64,000 nucleotides of DNA from Bacteroidia bacterium. GTDB taxonomy: Bacteria; Bacteroidota; Bacteroidia; UKL13-3. The stretch lies in NCBI GenBank assembly GCA_014376805.1, contig JACMQU010000117.1, positions 102,144-166,143 of the forward strand. The letters run 5' to 3'. Shown here piece by piece: positions 28,221 through 37,351 of the stretch (its first letter is position 1; every line of letters starts with the position of its first letter). The notes beneath the pieces were generated by a model, which saw nothing but the letters and a program-made list of their open reading frames with translations, was not told where the DNA came from and ran no database searches. The position numbers and the translations under genes were made by a program.

Positions 28221-31166
28221 ATGTTACTTAACTGCCATACCTATTATAGTTTTTGTTACGGAACTTTTTCGGTTAATGATTTATTGGATGGGATCAAAGA
28301 GAATGGCTATACTCAATTTGTACTTACAGATATTAATAATACTTCTGCTTGTTTGGATACAGTACAACAAGCTTTACAAAAAGGGATCAAGCCAATACTT
28401 GGAATTGATTTTCGTAACCAGGCACAACAACAATATATTGCTATTGCAAGAAACAATGAAGGCTTTAAAGAACTTAATGAACATCTTTCGGCTCACCTGC
28501 ATATAAGTAAAGATTTTGATCCGGTATCACCCTCGTTTAATAATGCCTATATTATTTATCCGCTCCATCAATATAAAGGCTGGATATTAAAAGAAAATGA
28601 ATTTATTGGTGTACCGGTAAAAGAGGTTTCCCATTTGCATTTGTTGCCCGTAATTAAACAATTACACAAACTGGTGGTATTGCATACCGTAACATTTGGG
28701 GCTAAAAAATTATTTAACGCCCACCGTTTATTAAGAGCTATTGATACCAATATGTTGTTGAGTAAATTGCCGGTTACACAACAGGCTAAGGGAAATGAAT
28801 TGTTAATTCCTAGGAATGAACTTTATGTTGCTTATGCCGCGTATCCGGGTATTATAGAAAATACAGAACGCCTGTTAAATGATTGCGAAATACATTTTGA
28901 ATATGGTAAGCTTGCCAATAAAAATTTAAAACATTATACCTGTGATATTTCCACTGACAGGGAGTTACTTCGGAATGAATGTATGAAAGGTTTGCCATAC
29001 AGATATCCAAATCCCACTAATGAAGTATTGCAACGGATTGAGAAGGAACTGGATGTGATTGCGCAATTAAATTTTTCTTCGTATTTTCTGATAAACTGGG
29101 ATATTATTAAATATGCACAACATAAAAATTATTATTATGTAGGCAGGGGCAGCGGTGCCAATAGTATTATTGCTTACCTGCTGCGTATTACAGATGTAGA
29201 TCCAGTTGAACTGGATCTATATTTTGAACGGTTCATTAATTTATACCGCAATAATGCGCCAGATTTTGATATGGATTTTTCATGGACAGACAGGGATGAT
29301 ATTACCCGTTATATATTTGATCGTTTTGGTTCAACACGTACTGCTTTATTAGGTTCTTATAATACTTTCCAACATGATTCGGTTATACGCGAACTGGGTA
29401 AAGTATTTGGTTTGCCACCCGGTGAAATTGATAAGTTACAACAGACACATAAATATCCTGATATAGATGAGATTGGTAAACTGATATTAAATTACAGCAA
29501 GGTGATTACAGATTTCCCTTCACACCTGAGCATACACTCCAGTGGTATTATAATTTCTGAAGCACCCATAAGCTGTTATTCTGCAACCAGTATGCCCCCC
29601 AAAGGTTATCCCACAACGCAGTTTAGTATGATAGAAGCAGAAGAGATTGGGCTTTATAAATTTGATATTCTGAGTCAGCGGGGATTGGGAAAAATTAAAG
29701 ATTGTATTACTATTATAAAGGAAAATAAAAATGTAGAAATAGACATCCATAACATAGAAAAATTTAAGCAGGATGAAAATGTAAAAAAACTATTACGAAA
29801 AGGAAATACTATAGGTTGTTTTTATGTAGAATCTCCTGCTATGCGAATGTTATTAGCCAAGTTAAGAGCCGATGATTACTTAAGACTTGTAGCGGCAAGT
29901 TCTATTATCAGGCCTGGTGTTGCGCGGAGTGGAATGATGCGTGAATACATTATCAGATACCGTGATGAGAACCTGCGCATACAAGCAAAAGCGCGTTTGC
30001 CGGAGTTATATGACTTGCTGGAAGAAACTTATGGAGTGATGGTTTACCAGGAAGATGTTATTAAAATAGGCCATTTTTTTGCAGGCTTAACCCTGGCCGA
30101 AGCAGATCATTTACGCAGGGGTATGTCGTGGAAAAATAAACAACGGGATGCCTTTTTAAAAGTAGAACAAAAGTTTTTTCATAATTGCACACTGAAGGGT
30201 TATGATTCAAAACTGGTACAGGAGATCTGGGTTCAGATAGAGAGTTTTGCAAACTTTGCTTTTTCTAAAGGGCACTCGGCAAGTTACGCGGTAGAGAGTT
30301 ACCAGGCATTGTTTTTAAAAGCATACTACCCGCTCGAATACATGGTGGCAACACTTAACAACGGCGGTGGTTTTTACCGCAAGGAATTGTATGTGCATGA
30401 AGCCCGTAAGCATGGCGCAGTTATTATGCCTCCGTGCGTAAACTCTAGTGATGTATTGTGTGTGATTAAAGCTACAACAATTTATCTTGCATTAAGCATG
30501 GTTGCCGAACTTGAAACACAAACCATAGAATATATTATTGTTGAACGCAACAGCAATGGTGGGTATAAAAGTCTGCATGATTTTGTAAAACGGGTGCCAC
30601 TTTCTATTGAGCAAATGCGTTTACTGATTCGTGTAGGGGCATTTAATTTTACCGGTAAAAATAAAAAAGAATTGTTGTGGAATATGCTTTCTATAACCCG
30701 GCCAACAGATAAAAAGAAAACTGAAAAAGAACTGTTTGAACCCAATACCAAAACATGGCAATTGCCCGCGCTTACCCATTGTAAACTGGATGAGGCTTTT
30801 GATGAAATAGAACTTCTGGGCTTCCCTCTATGTTCACCATTTGAATTGTTAAAAGATAAAGTAAGCACCACCATAACCACAAATGATTTAAAAAACCATA
30901 TTGGTAAAGAGGTATTGATAACCGGCCACATGGTAAGTGTAAAAAACACCAAAACCATTAAAGGCGAACGCATGTACTTTGGCACTTTTACTGATACCGA
31001 AGGTAACTGGATAGATACCGTACATTTTCCGCCCAGTGCTAAGCAATATCCTTTTAATGGACCGGGTTGCTATATAATGAAAGGGAAGGTGGTGGAGGAG
31101 TATGACTTTATAAGTATTGAAGTGATCGCAATGAAACGATTGCCTACAATTGACAGGGAAGCATAA
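28221..31166 (+). CDS. dnaE2: Error-prone DNA polymerase III alpha-subunit paralogue (DnaE2-type)
   Basis: An N-terminal PHP domain is followed by a Pol III alpha core (PDFDMDF, GLYKFDILS, FSKGHSASYA) and a C-terminal OB fold. At 981 aa it is shorter than a replicative DnaE. It is operonic with a Y-family polymerase behind a LexA-like repressor. Confidence 0.8.
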   Translation: MLLNCHTYYSFCYGTFSVNDLLDGIKENGYTQFVLTDINNTSACLDTVQQALQKGIKPILGIDFRNQAQQQYIAIARNNEGFKELNEHLSAHLHISKDFDPVSPSFNNAYIIYPLHQYKGWILKENEFIGVPVKEVSHLHLLPVIKQLHKLVVLHTVTFGAKKLFNAHRLLRAIDTNMLLSKLPVTQQAKGNELLIPRNELYVAYAAYPGIIENTERLLNDCEIHFEYGKLANKNLKHYTCDISTDRELLRNECMKGLPYRYPNPTNEVLQRIEKELDVIAQLNFSSYFLINWDIIKYAQHKNYYYVGRGSGANSIIAYLLRITDVDPVELDLYFERFINLYRNNAPDFDMDFSWTDRDDITRYIFDRFGSTRTALLGSYNTFQHDSVIRELGKVFGLPPGEIDKLQQTHKYPDIDEIGKLILNYSKVITDFPSHLSIHSSGIIISEAPISCYSATSMPPKGYPTTQFSMIEAEEIGLYKFDILSQRGLGKIKDCITIIKENKNVEIDIHNIEKFKQDENVKKLLRKGNTIGCFYVESPAMRMLLAKLRADDYLRLVAASSIIRPGVARSGMMREYIIRYRDENLRIQAKARLPELYDLLEETYGVMVYQEDVIKIGHFFAGLTLAEADHLRRGMSWKNKQRDAFLKVEQKFFHNCTLKGYDSKLVQEIWVQIESFANFAFSKGHSASYAVESYQALFLKAYYPLEYMVATLNNGGGFYRKELYVHEARKHGAVIMPPCVNSSDVLCVIKATTIYLALSMVAELETQTIEYIIVERNSNGGYKSLHDFVKRVPLSIEQMRLLIRVGAFNFTGKNKKELLWNMLSITRPTDKKKTEKELFEPNTKTWQLPALTHCKLDEAFDEIELLGFPLCSPFELLKDKVSTTITTNDLKNHIGKEVLITGHMVSVKNTKTIKGERMYFGTFTDTEGNWIDTVHFPPSAKQYPFNGPGCYIMKGKVVEEYDFISIEVIAMKRLPTIDREA

Positions 31167-31274
31167 AATAGCATGGAGCATAGGAGATATGAGCATTGAT
31201 GGAACTAAGACCAGGTCATACAATATTATTATTGAATTGCGTGATGGAACAAACAATTATACAGATATGATTTT

Positions 31275-31650
31275 ATGAAAGCCGCAAAAATTCTTAAACC
31301 TAATCCATTAAGGTTCGAACCCAAAACAGCGGCAGCGTTTTTTAATAGAGGGAATTATAAATACAGAAAAATTTATTTAAGATATTTTGAAGAAGAGAAC
31401 TCTATCTTGCCTATAGTAAATTCATCTATAACAACAAAATGATGTAAAAAGTGTATTAGCCGATTTTGATAAAGCAATTGAACTGAATCCAAATTTTGTT
31501 GATGCTTATGTAGAGCGTATTGATTGTAACAGAAGTCAATGGATAAATGATGATTTAGGAGTCATCGCTAATCGCATTGAAGATGAAATTTACAAAGTTG
31601 AGAAGTCAATTTCTATTCACTATTTAACAATTATTTATGTAACACCTTAA
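31275..31650 (+). pseudogene. Fragments of a decayed TPR-repeat gene
   Basis: Two short out-of-frame pieces carry TPR boundary signatures: KILKPNP...AAAFFNRGNYKY and DFDKAIELNPNFVDAYVER. They are interrupted by stops. Confidence 0.3.
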
Positions 31651-31836
31651 GTTTCAATAACGGCATAAATCCAACCCAGAACAATTGAAAGAACAAGCAT
31701 TACAAAAAACATACCTGGATCACTGTTAAAAATTGCCATTAAAGTTCCGAGGGAATTAAATGCAATTAAAAAAATTTTAACACCAGCAGAGGAGTTTGCT
31801 TTTTCTTCACTTTTTTTGATGGCTATTTATTTTATT

Positions 31837-32133
31837 TTAAATTTTATGATATAATGGAATTTGGGGCATATTTAAATAACTTGATGTAAATTTATTTTCC
31901 AAAACAGGCAGGTTAGCGATAAGCTTTTCTTTTGCTTCTTCGATTCTATTTATCCTAATTTCTTTTTGAATTTTTATTAAATCAACCCTATGGTGTAATT
32001 GTTTGTAATCTAAATCTCCTCTTGTTTTAAAATTCAATGAATCAAGCCTCCTTGCAGCATCTAAATATCTTTCAATTAAAATTGATTTTAAATTGGAATA
32101 GTTAGAATTAACTAATTTCAGATAAGATTGCAT
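31837..32133 (-). CDS. Hypothetical 98-aa predicted alpha-helical protein, last gene of the Fic-helicase string
   Basis: The ORF lies on the same strand 100 bp downstream of the helicase gene. No motif is recognisable. Confidence 0.45.
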   Translation of the reverse strand: MQSYLKLVNSNYSNLKSILIERYLDAARRLDSLNFKTRGDLDYKQLHHRVDLIKIQKEIRINRIEEAKEKLIANLPVLENKFTSSYLNMPQIPLYHKI

Positions 32134-32233
32134 ACGGTTGACAGGGAAGGAGTGTAAAGGAATTTGTGAGTACGTTTTCTTAAAATTTTAAATAAATAAA
32201 ATACCTCATCTACATTTTTGTTCCAATCGTTCT

Positions 32234-35200
32234 TTATTTAACCACAAACACAAAACCCAAATCGGCGAGTCTTTTAATTTTATCTTTGGAGAGAAGTTTT
32301 TTTTCTCTATAATATCTGCGTTGCTTATTGGTCCAATTGCTTAATTTAACATAGTTTTTAGGCACATTTATATGCCCGTATTCCTTTTTAAACTGTACAA
32401 GTAAGTTAAAGCTTTCTTCCCACAATTTTTCATTTCTAAATTCCGGATTATCAAGATAACGGCCCTTTCTTTTGGTCAAAGTAGTCAGATCTATTTCCTT
32501 TAATTTTTGTGCAAATTCGGGGTTGAGTTTACCTTGTTGAAATAACCTGATATTTTTAAGCAACCATTTGCTTAATGTTTTGTATTCTGCATTTGAAGGT
32601 ACATTAAAATTTCCATACTTTTCTTTAAAGGCAATTAAGTTATAGTAATTGATATACCATTTTTGCACCAAATGATGCCGCCATTCAAAACCAATTTCAC
32701 CAAGCAGTTTTTTCTTATCCGCTTTAATCAAGTTAGGGTAGTTTCTATGTCGTAAAACCCATTGAGCCAATTGAAAAGTTACTCCTACAAGTGGCACATT
32801 TGTGTGTTTATGTATGCGCTTGTATTCTTTTAGTTCTTCATACCTTTTTAACCATTGACTTTCTGATGGGTCGAAATCAAAACCTATGCTTAATAGCTTT
32901 TGCACCCGATTTTCAGAAATGGGTTTGCTTTTAAGTCTTAACCCAAGGTACCAGGCTTTTAATTTGAACTCTTTGAGCCATTTTTCGGAAATATTCAGAT
33001 GCCCGTTAACCTCTTTAAATTTTTTAAGTATTTCAAATTTTTCATTCCAGTTAGCATCGTCAATATTTGTTTTCCATATAAATCCAATATTATCTAAAAG
33101 ACTTTTTCTTTCTTTAGGTAACCTGTTAATTACTTTGGTGGTTCGGTGTGCGGCACACCATTTAAATAAATCAGGATAGGATGTTTTATCAGTCACCTTG
33201 CAATGACCAAAATTTTCATAAAACTGCACCAGTTTATTATACATCACAAACCATTGTGTTGTTAATATTTCCCACTCAAAGCCTGCGTCATCTAATTTTT
33301 TAATCTTTAGTTCACTCAGGTTTTTCTCATTTCTTTTTGTGCGTTGTTTTGCACACCAACGCGATAAAACTACATGAACTTTAGATCCGGACGGAACCCG
33401 GCAATGATCAAAACTAGCTTTGAATTCTAAAAGTTTTTGATACATCAATTCCCATTTATCTATATTCGGGTTCCAGTTAATTTCAATTGCATTGAGTTTA
33501 TCAATTTTTTCAAGGCTTAATTTGTTTTTTCTTTTGTAAACCCGTTGTATATGAACCCAACTTTTGAGTTGTTTATTTTGGGTTTTATTTAAATCTACTT
33601 CCGTAAATTTATTATTGAGAAAAGTTTTATAACTTTTAAATTTTTTTACCCATTGTGATTCCATTGGATCCCAGTCGAATTCAATTTTTTCTAAAAGTCT
33701 TTTTCTTTTTAACGGTAATTGCCCCTTATTGATAGCACTTCTCTGTGTATTGCACCAGGAAGAGAGATTTTTATTTTCAGCTGGTTTTACATTACAATGG
33801 CCATGCAGATTTACATATTCACATAACTGACTATATGCTAAATTCCATTTTTCATCATCTGCATTCCAAATAAAACCTAACATGTCAAGCTTCGCTTTTC
33901 TTTCAATTGGCATTATAAAGCAATTGCTACGTTGATTTGTTACCCATATTGCAAGTGTTTTATCTTCTTTAAATCCGTAGGGTACCATACAGTTCCCAAG
34001 TCGTTTTTTATATTCAACCAACCTTTGAAACATCACTTCCCATGTATCACTAAAAAAACGTATTTGCCCGAATACTTCTGTTATCTCTTTAACTTCATCT
34101 ATCAAAGTAAAGGGGGGGCAAATTTCCTCTAATCCAAGGTCATTCCGGGCATCTTTCTCTGTCTTCCTGAACAATTCGAGCTCGCTTAAAAAATCATGGG
34201 TACGTATGCTCTGAAAATTATTCACAAAGTCGAAGATGAGCGGCTGGCCCTTGAAACCCACTTTAAGGCATCGTCCTATCTGTTGGTAAAATATTGTTGG
34301 CGATTGTGTGGGACGGAGCAAAATTACCCCACTTACATTGTCTATATGCAAACCTTCATTGAGCATATCAATTGAAAACAATAGATGATACGTATTGGGA
34401 TCATCCGAGCGTATAAAGTTTTTCAAATTTATATTCCTGTCGGGTTCGGCACTTATAACCCGGTAAGTAAGTATCTTGCTTTTTGGAAAGGCCTGCTTAA
34501 ACCAAGCAGTTGCGGTTTGTTCCATTTCATAAATATGTTCTCCTTCACGACAAAATATAATAAATTTGGTCATGCCTGGCAGAATATATTTTTGTAGGAT
34601 TTTTGCAACACCTTTTGTTCTGTCCCAATTAACAGATGCAACTTCAAGTTTGTTAAACAGGGTTGTTTTTTCTAACGTAGTTTTGTTTCCATTTTCAATT
34701 TGCTTTCCTAATTTTTCAACCTCTTCCTGCAAGGAGTACAAAGCACTCACATATTTGGGCATAGGGAGGATTTTTTTTACTATAGCTTGGGATAGGCTTA
34801 AATTTTCAGCTACATTTCCATGGAACAACTCAATGCTCATATCACGCGCACCATCAAGGTAGCGCACGGGTGTGGCACTGCAGCCAAGTACTTTAGCTTT
34901 TGGGTAAGCATTTAAAATTTCCAATACCCCATTGCCCCATTCCTCAGCCCCGCACCGATGAAATTCATCCAAAATGATTATTCCCGTTTTCAACGCTTTT
35001 ATTTTGTCATCTGTAAGATACATGGATGAAGCATAGGTCATGTATTTAATATTATCGCCTTCCCATCGTATGTGACCTTTAATCTGCTCGAGAATGTAAT
35101 GTGAAGGTGCCATCACAAGCGGTGCCTTGTCTTTATTTTCACTCAATATCTTTGCTATCAGGTAGCTCTTACCTGTACCTGTAGCTTGTACAATGGCTAC

Positions 35201-35731
35201 ACGATTTTTTGGTTTAAAAAGCGCTGTTACTTTTTCATACGTATTTTGGTTATGTGCGAATAGTTGAATCTCCGGTTGTTTTCTCTTTTGGTTGCTGTAT
35301 TTGCGAATAATGCTTTTGATGTGGCCTTCATCTTGTAAAAGCAGGTTAAATTTTTTAAGTTTTTCACATTTAGCATCAAAGCCCCCTGGTGCAACAATTG
35401 CAAACTGCTGGCAATGGTATGCTTCACTTTTTTGCAATTCAAAGCGTTTAAGCAGTGTTTTTACTTCTGTGAAAGTGAGTTGCATAGGCTGATGAACAAT
35501 ATTAATGATCAAAGCCGTTTGAGCCGGGCTTGTCGGGTAGGATAAAAGCAGGTCTGAATGGATTTCACCTTTTATTCTGCTGGTACTTACGATCCATCCA
35601 TTTCCCTCATACAAACTTTTAAACAGGGTAAGTAAAGTATCTTCCTCCAATTCTTTCTTTAATAAAGCACTAATATCATCCCAGTTATAAGTAGGCTTAA
35701 GGTTAAGTATTTTTTTTGATGCTATAGTCAT
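32234..35731 (-). CDS. Mrr-like N-terminal domain + SF2 (ResIII/DEAH) helicase + nine helicase-associated (HA) repeats
   Basis: Helicase motifs are present: motif I VQATGTGKSY, motif II IILDEFHRC, motif III GCSATP and motif VI QQIGRCLK. Residues 40-145 resemble a restriction-endonuclease (Mrr_cat-like) fold: GWIVS...GEIHSDLLL...LIINIVHQ...FAIVAPGGF. Nine ~65-aa W..x..L..(Y/F)....G(H/N)..VP......L..W...QR......L......L...GF.W repeats fill residues ~562-1165. Confidence 0.8.
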   Translation of the reverse strand: MTIASKKILNLKPTYNWDDISALLKKELEEDTLLTLFKSLYEGNGWIVSTSRIKGEIHSDLLLSYPTSPAQTALIINIVHQPMQLTFTEVKTLLKRFELQKSEAYHCQQFAIVAPGGFDAKCEKLKKFNLLLQDEGHIKSIIRKYSNQKRKQPEIQLFAHNQNTYEKVTALFKPKNRVAIVQATGTGKSYLIAKILSENKDKAPLVMAPSHYILEQIKGHIRWEGDNIKYMTYASSMYLTDDKIKALKTGIIILDEFHRCGAEEWGNGVLEILNAYPKAKVLGCSATPVRYLDGARDMSIELFHGNVAENLSLSQAIVKKILPMPKYVSALYSLQEEVEKLGKQIENGNKTTLEKTTLFNKLEVASVNWDRTKGVAKILQKYILPGMTKFIIFCREGEHIYEMEQTATAWFKQAFPKSKILTYRVISAEPDRNINLKNFIRSDDPNTYHLLFSIDMLNEGLHIDNVSGVILLRPTQSPTIFYQQIGRCLKVGFKGQPLIFDFVNNFQSIRTHDFLSELELFRKTEKDARNDLGLEEICPPFTLIDEVKEITEVFGQIRFFSDTWEVMFQRLVEYKKRLGNCMVPYGFKEDKTLAIWVTNQRSNCFIMPIERKAKLDMLGFIWNADDEKWNLAYSQLCEYVNLHGHCNVKPAENKNLSSWCNTQRSAINKGQLPLKRKRLLEKIEFDWDPMESQWVKKFKSYKTFLNNKFTEVDLNKTQNKQLKSWVHIQRVYKRKNKLSLEKIDKLNAIEINWNPNIDKWELMYQKLLEFKASFDHCRVPSGSKVHVVLSRWCAKQRTKRNEKNLSELKIKKLDDAGFEWEILTTQWFVMYNKLVQFYENFGHCKVTDKTSYPDLFKWCAAHRTTKVINRLPKERKSLLDNIGFIWKTNIDDANWNEKFEILKKFKEVNGHLNISEKWLKEFKLKAWYLGLRLKSKPISENRVQKLLSIGFDFDPSESQWLKRYEELKEYKRIHKHTNVPLVGVTFQLAQWVLRHRNYPNLIKADKKKLLGEIGFEWRHHLVQKWYINYYNLIAFKEKYGNFNVPSNAEYKTLSKWLLKNIRLFQQGKLNPEFAQKLKEIDLTTLTKRKGRYLDNPEFRNEKLWEESFNLLVQFKKEYGHINVPKNYVKLSNWTNKQRRYYREKKLLSKDKIKRLADLGFVFVVK
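32237..34048 (-). repeat. Array of nine diverged HA-domain coding repeats (~195 bp each)
   Basis: The repeat is periodic at the protein level. Examples are TWEVMFQRLVEYKKRLGNCMVP...LGFIWN, KWNLAYSQLCEYVNLHGHCNV...IEFDWD and, at the end, LWEESFNLLVQFKKEYGHINVP...LGFVF. Confidence 0.75.
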
Positions 35732-35968
35732 TGTTTATCTATACAAAGTAAAATGAAATTAACAAACAGGCAAATTTAATTTGCATGAATCCAGGATTGT
35801 CGGGCTAATTATTATGAATACTCTAGGTTTAATTTCCACTGTCACTTTCATGCATTTATGGGTTGGTATATCTGCAAATTGAACTTAAATGAAATCAAAC
35901 AATTTAAAACTTTTAAGGTAGTGTATGTGGAGTGTTTCTATCCACTATTTTTTATCTGTCAGATTCAA

Positions 35969-37045
35969 TTAATTACTAATCCTCATCAACATATCAATTT
36001 CTTTATCTTTTGGGTAAAGTCCTGAAAATAGAATGGGTGAAGATGATATTGGGTAATTGACCTTATAAGGTGATAGGTGATTTTTGGGATCAACCGTTAG
36101 TAAATTAAGTTTCATTAATGACGCTGCCATTGCCTTGGCTGTTTTGTCTGACTTATCTGTAATTCGTTCTACATCTTTTTTTGAAATTTTATCTTTCAGG
36201 AAAACTGTTTCCAGAATGTACCTTGTTTCTGTTTTCAATAATTTCTTGCTTACCATTAAATCAACATAACTGTATATGCGGTTAATCATGTTATCGATGT
36301 CTAAAACTTTTGTCATAAATTTTACCTGGTCGATAGCAGTGTTAAGAAAAAAGCTACAAAAGTTTATGAGTTCTTTGTTTGATAAATTTCCACGTCCATC
36401 ATAGTTATTCCATTTTTTTAAGTCGGCATTGACAAGTTTTTCTTTATATAAAAATTCATTCCTCGATAAGCCCCGTGACAAAGACCACAATCCGGATCCA
36501 TTTAAATTTTCTAACTGAAAGCAAGCATCAGAAAACAAGCGTACCACCCTGCCATTGCCATCTATAAAAGGGTGTATCCATGTCAGGCGTTGATGTGAAG
36601 CTGCAATAGAAATAATTCTTTTTATTTTGTCATTTCTATTAACTACTGCATCGGGATTATAAAAAGTTTCGAAGCGATTTAAAAAATGTTCAACTTCTTT
36701 AGCTGCCGGTGCAATATGTTTTCCAACCTGAACTTCGCAGGTACGAATCTCGCCAGGAATAACTGGCGTGTCTTTACCATTTATTGACTTAGCAGCCATA
36801 AATTTTGTTGGAAAATGCGCATAAAATTCTTTATGAATATCTTTTAAAAATGATGAAGAATAAGGATTAAGTTTTGTCGATGATACCTTTTCGGAAATAC
36901 TTTTACTGACATTAATATGAGCCTTTGCCTCAATTTGTAAAGAACGGCTTTTAAGGTTTTTGGAGAAATTAGATTTCAACGCTTTTTCAATATCAATTGG
37001 ATGAGTATCATGTCCTTCAATTAGATTTGAATAATAGCTATTCAT
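35969..37045 (-). CDS. Fic-domain protein (AMPylase/NMP-transferase family) with an N-terminal inhibitory-helix motif and a C-terminal winged-helix-like region
   Basis: The canonical Fic motif HPFIDGNGRVVR is present. The N-terminal SNLIEG matches the (S/T)xxxE(G/N) auto-inhibition motif. I prefer the ATG at 37045 over the TTG at 37054. Confidence 0.85.
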   Translation of the reverse strand: MNSYYSNLIEGHDTHPIDIEKALKSNFSKNLKSRSLQIEAKAHINVSKSISEKVSSTKLNPYSSSFLKDIHKEFYAHFPTKFMAAKSINGKDTPVIPGEIRTCEVQVGKHIAPAAKEVEHFLNRFETFYNPDAVVNRNDKIKRIISIAASHQRLTWIHPFIDGNGRVVRLFSDACFQLENLNGSGLWSLSRGLSRNEFLYKEKLVNADLKKWNNYDGRGNLSNKELINFCSFFLNTAIDQVKFMTKVLDIDNMINRIYSYVDLMVSKKLLKTETRYILETVFLKDKISKKDVERITDKSDKTAKAMAASLMKLNLLTVDPKNHLSPYKVNYPISSSPILFSGLYPKDKEIDMLMRISN

Positions 37046-37351
37046 TGGTCGCAAAGAATATATTTTTTTTTATTTATAGTATATTCCGCTATAAATTGCG
37101 AAACATAAATTATTTTAAGTTGCTGTTAATAAGCATAAAGTATAATAAATCTATTTTTATGGTTACATAAATTCCGATATACAATATCTCCTTTACAGTT
37201 ATAATATTCCGTAATAAATTATGGGATGATTACAGAACGCAAAGTTGATGTGCTATTCTTAAAATCTGACATTGGGATTTAAGATAATTAAGCCATTCAT
37301 TATATTTGAAAATATTTAATCACAATTTCAATATTAATCCACCACCTTCAC

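Noticed and set aside
28221-31166. Treating the Pol III alpha gene as the replicative dnaE
   Set aside because: Its 981-aa length, its tight coupling to a Y-family polymerase and the divergent LexA-like repressor all fit DnaE2. This cannot be proven without seeing whether another dnaE exists elsewhere in the genome.
35770-35784. The inverted repeat GCAAAT-TTA-ATTTGC in the Fic-helicase intergenic spacer as an operator
   Set aside because: The arms are only 6 bp and lie in AT-rich DNA, so a chance occurrence is plausible. I kept it as a note only.
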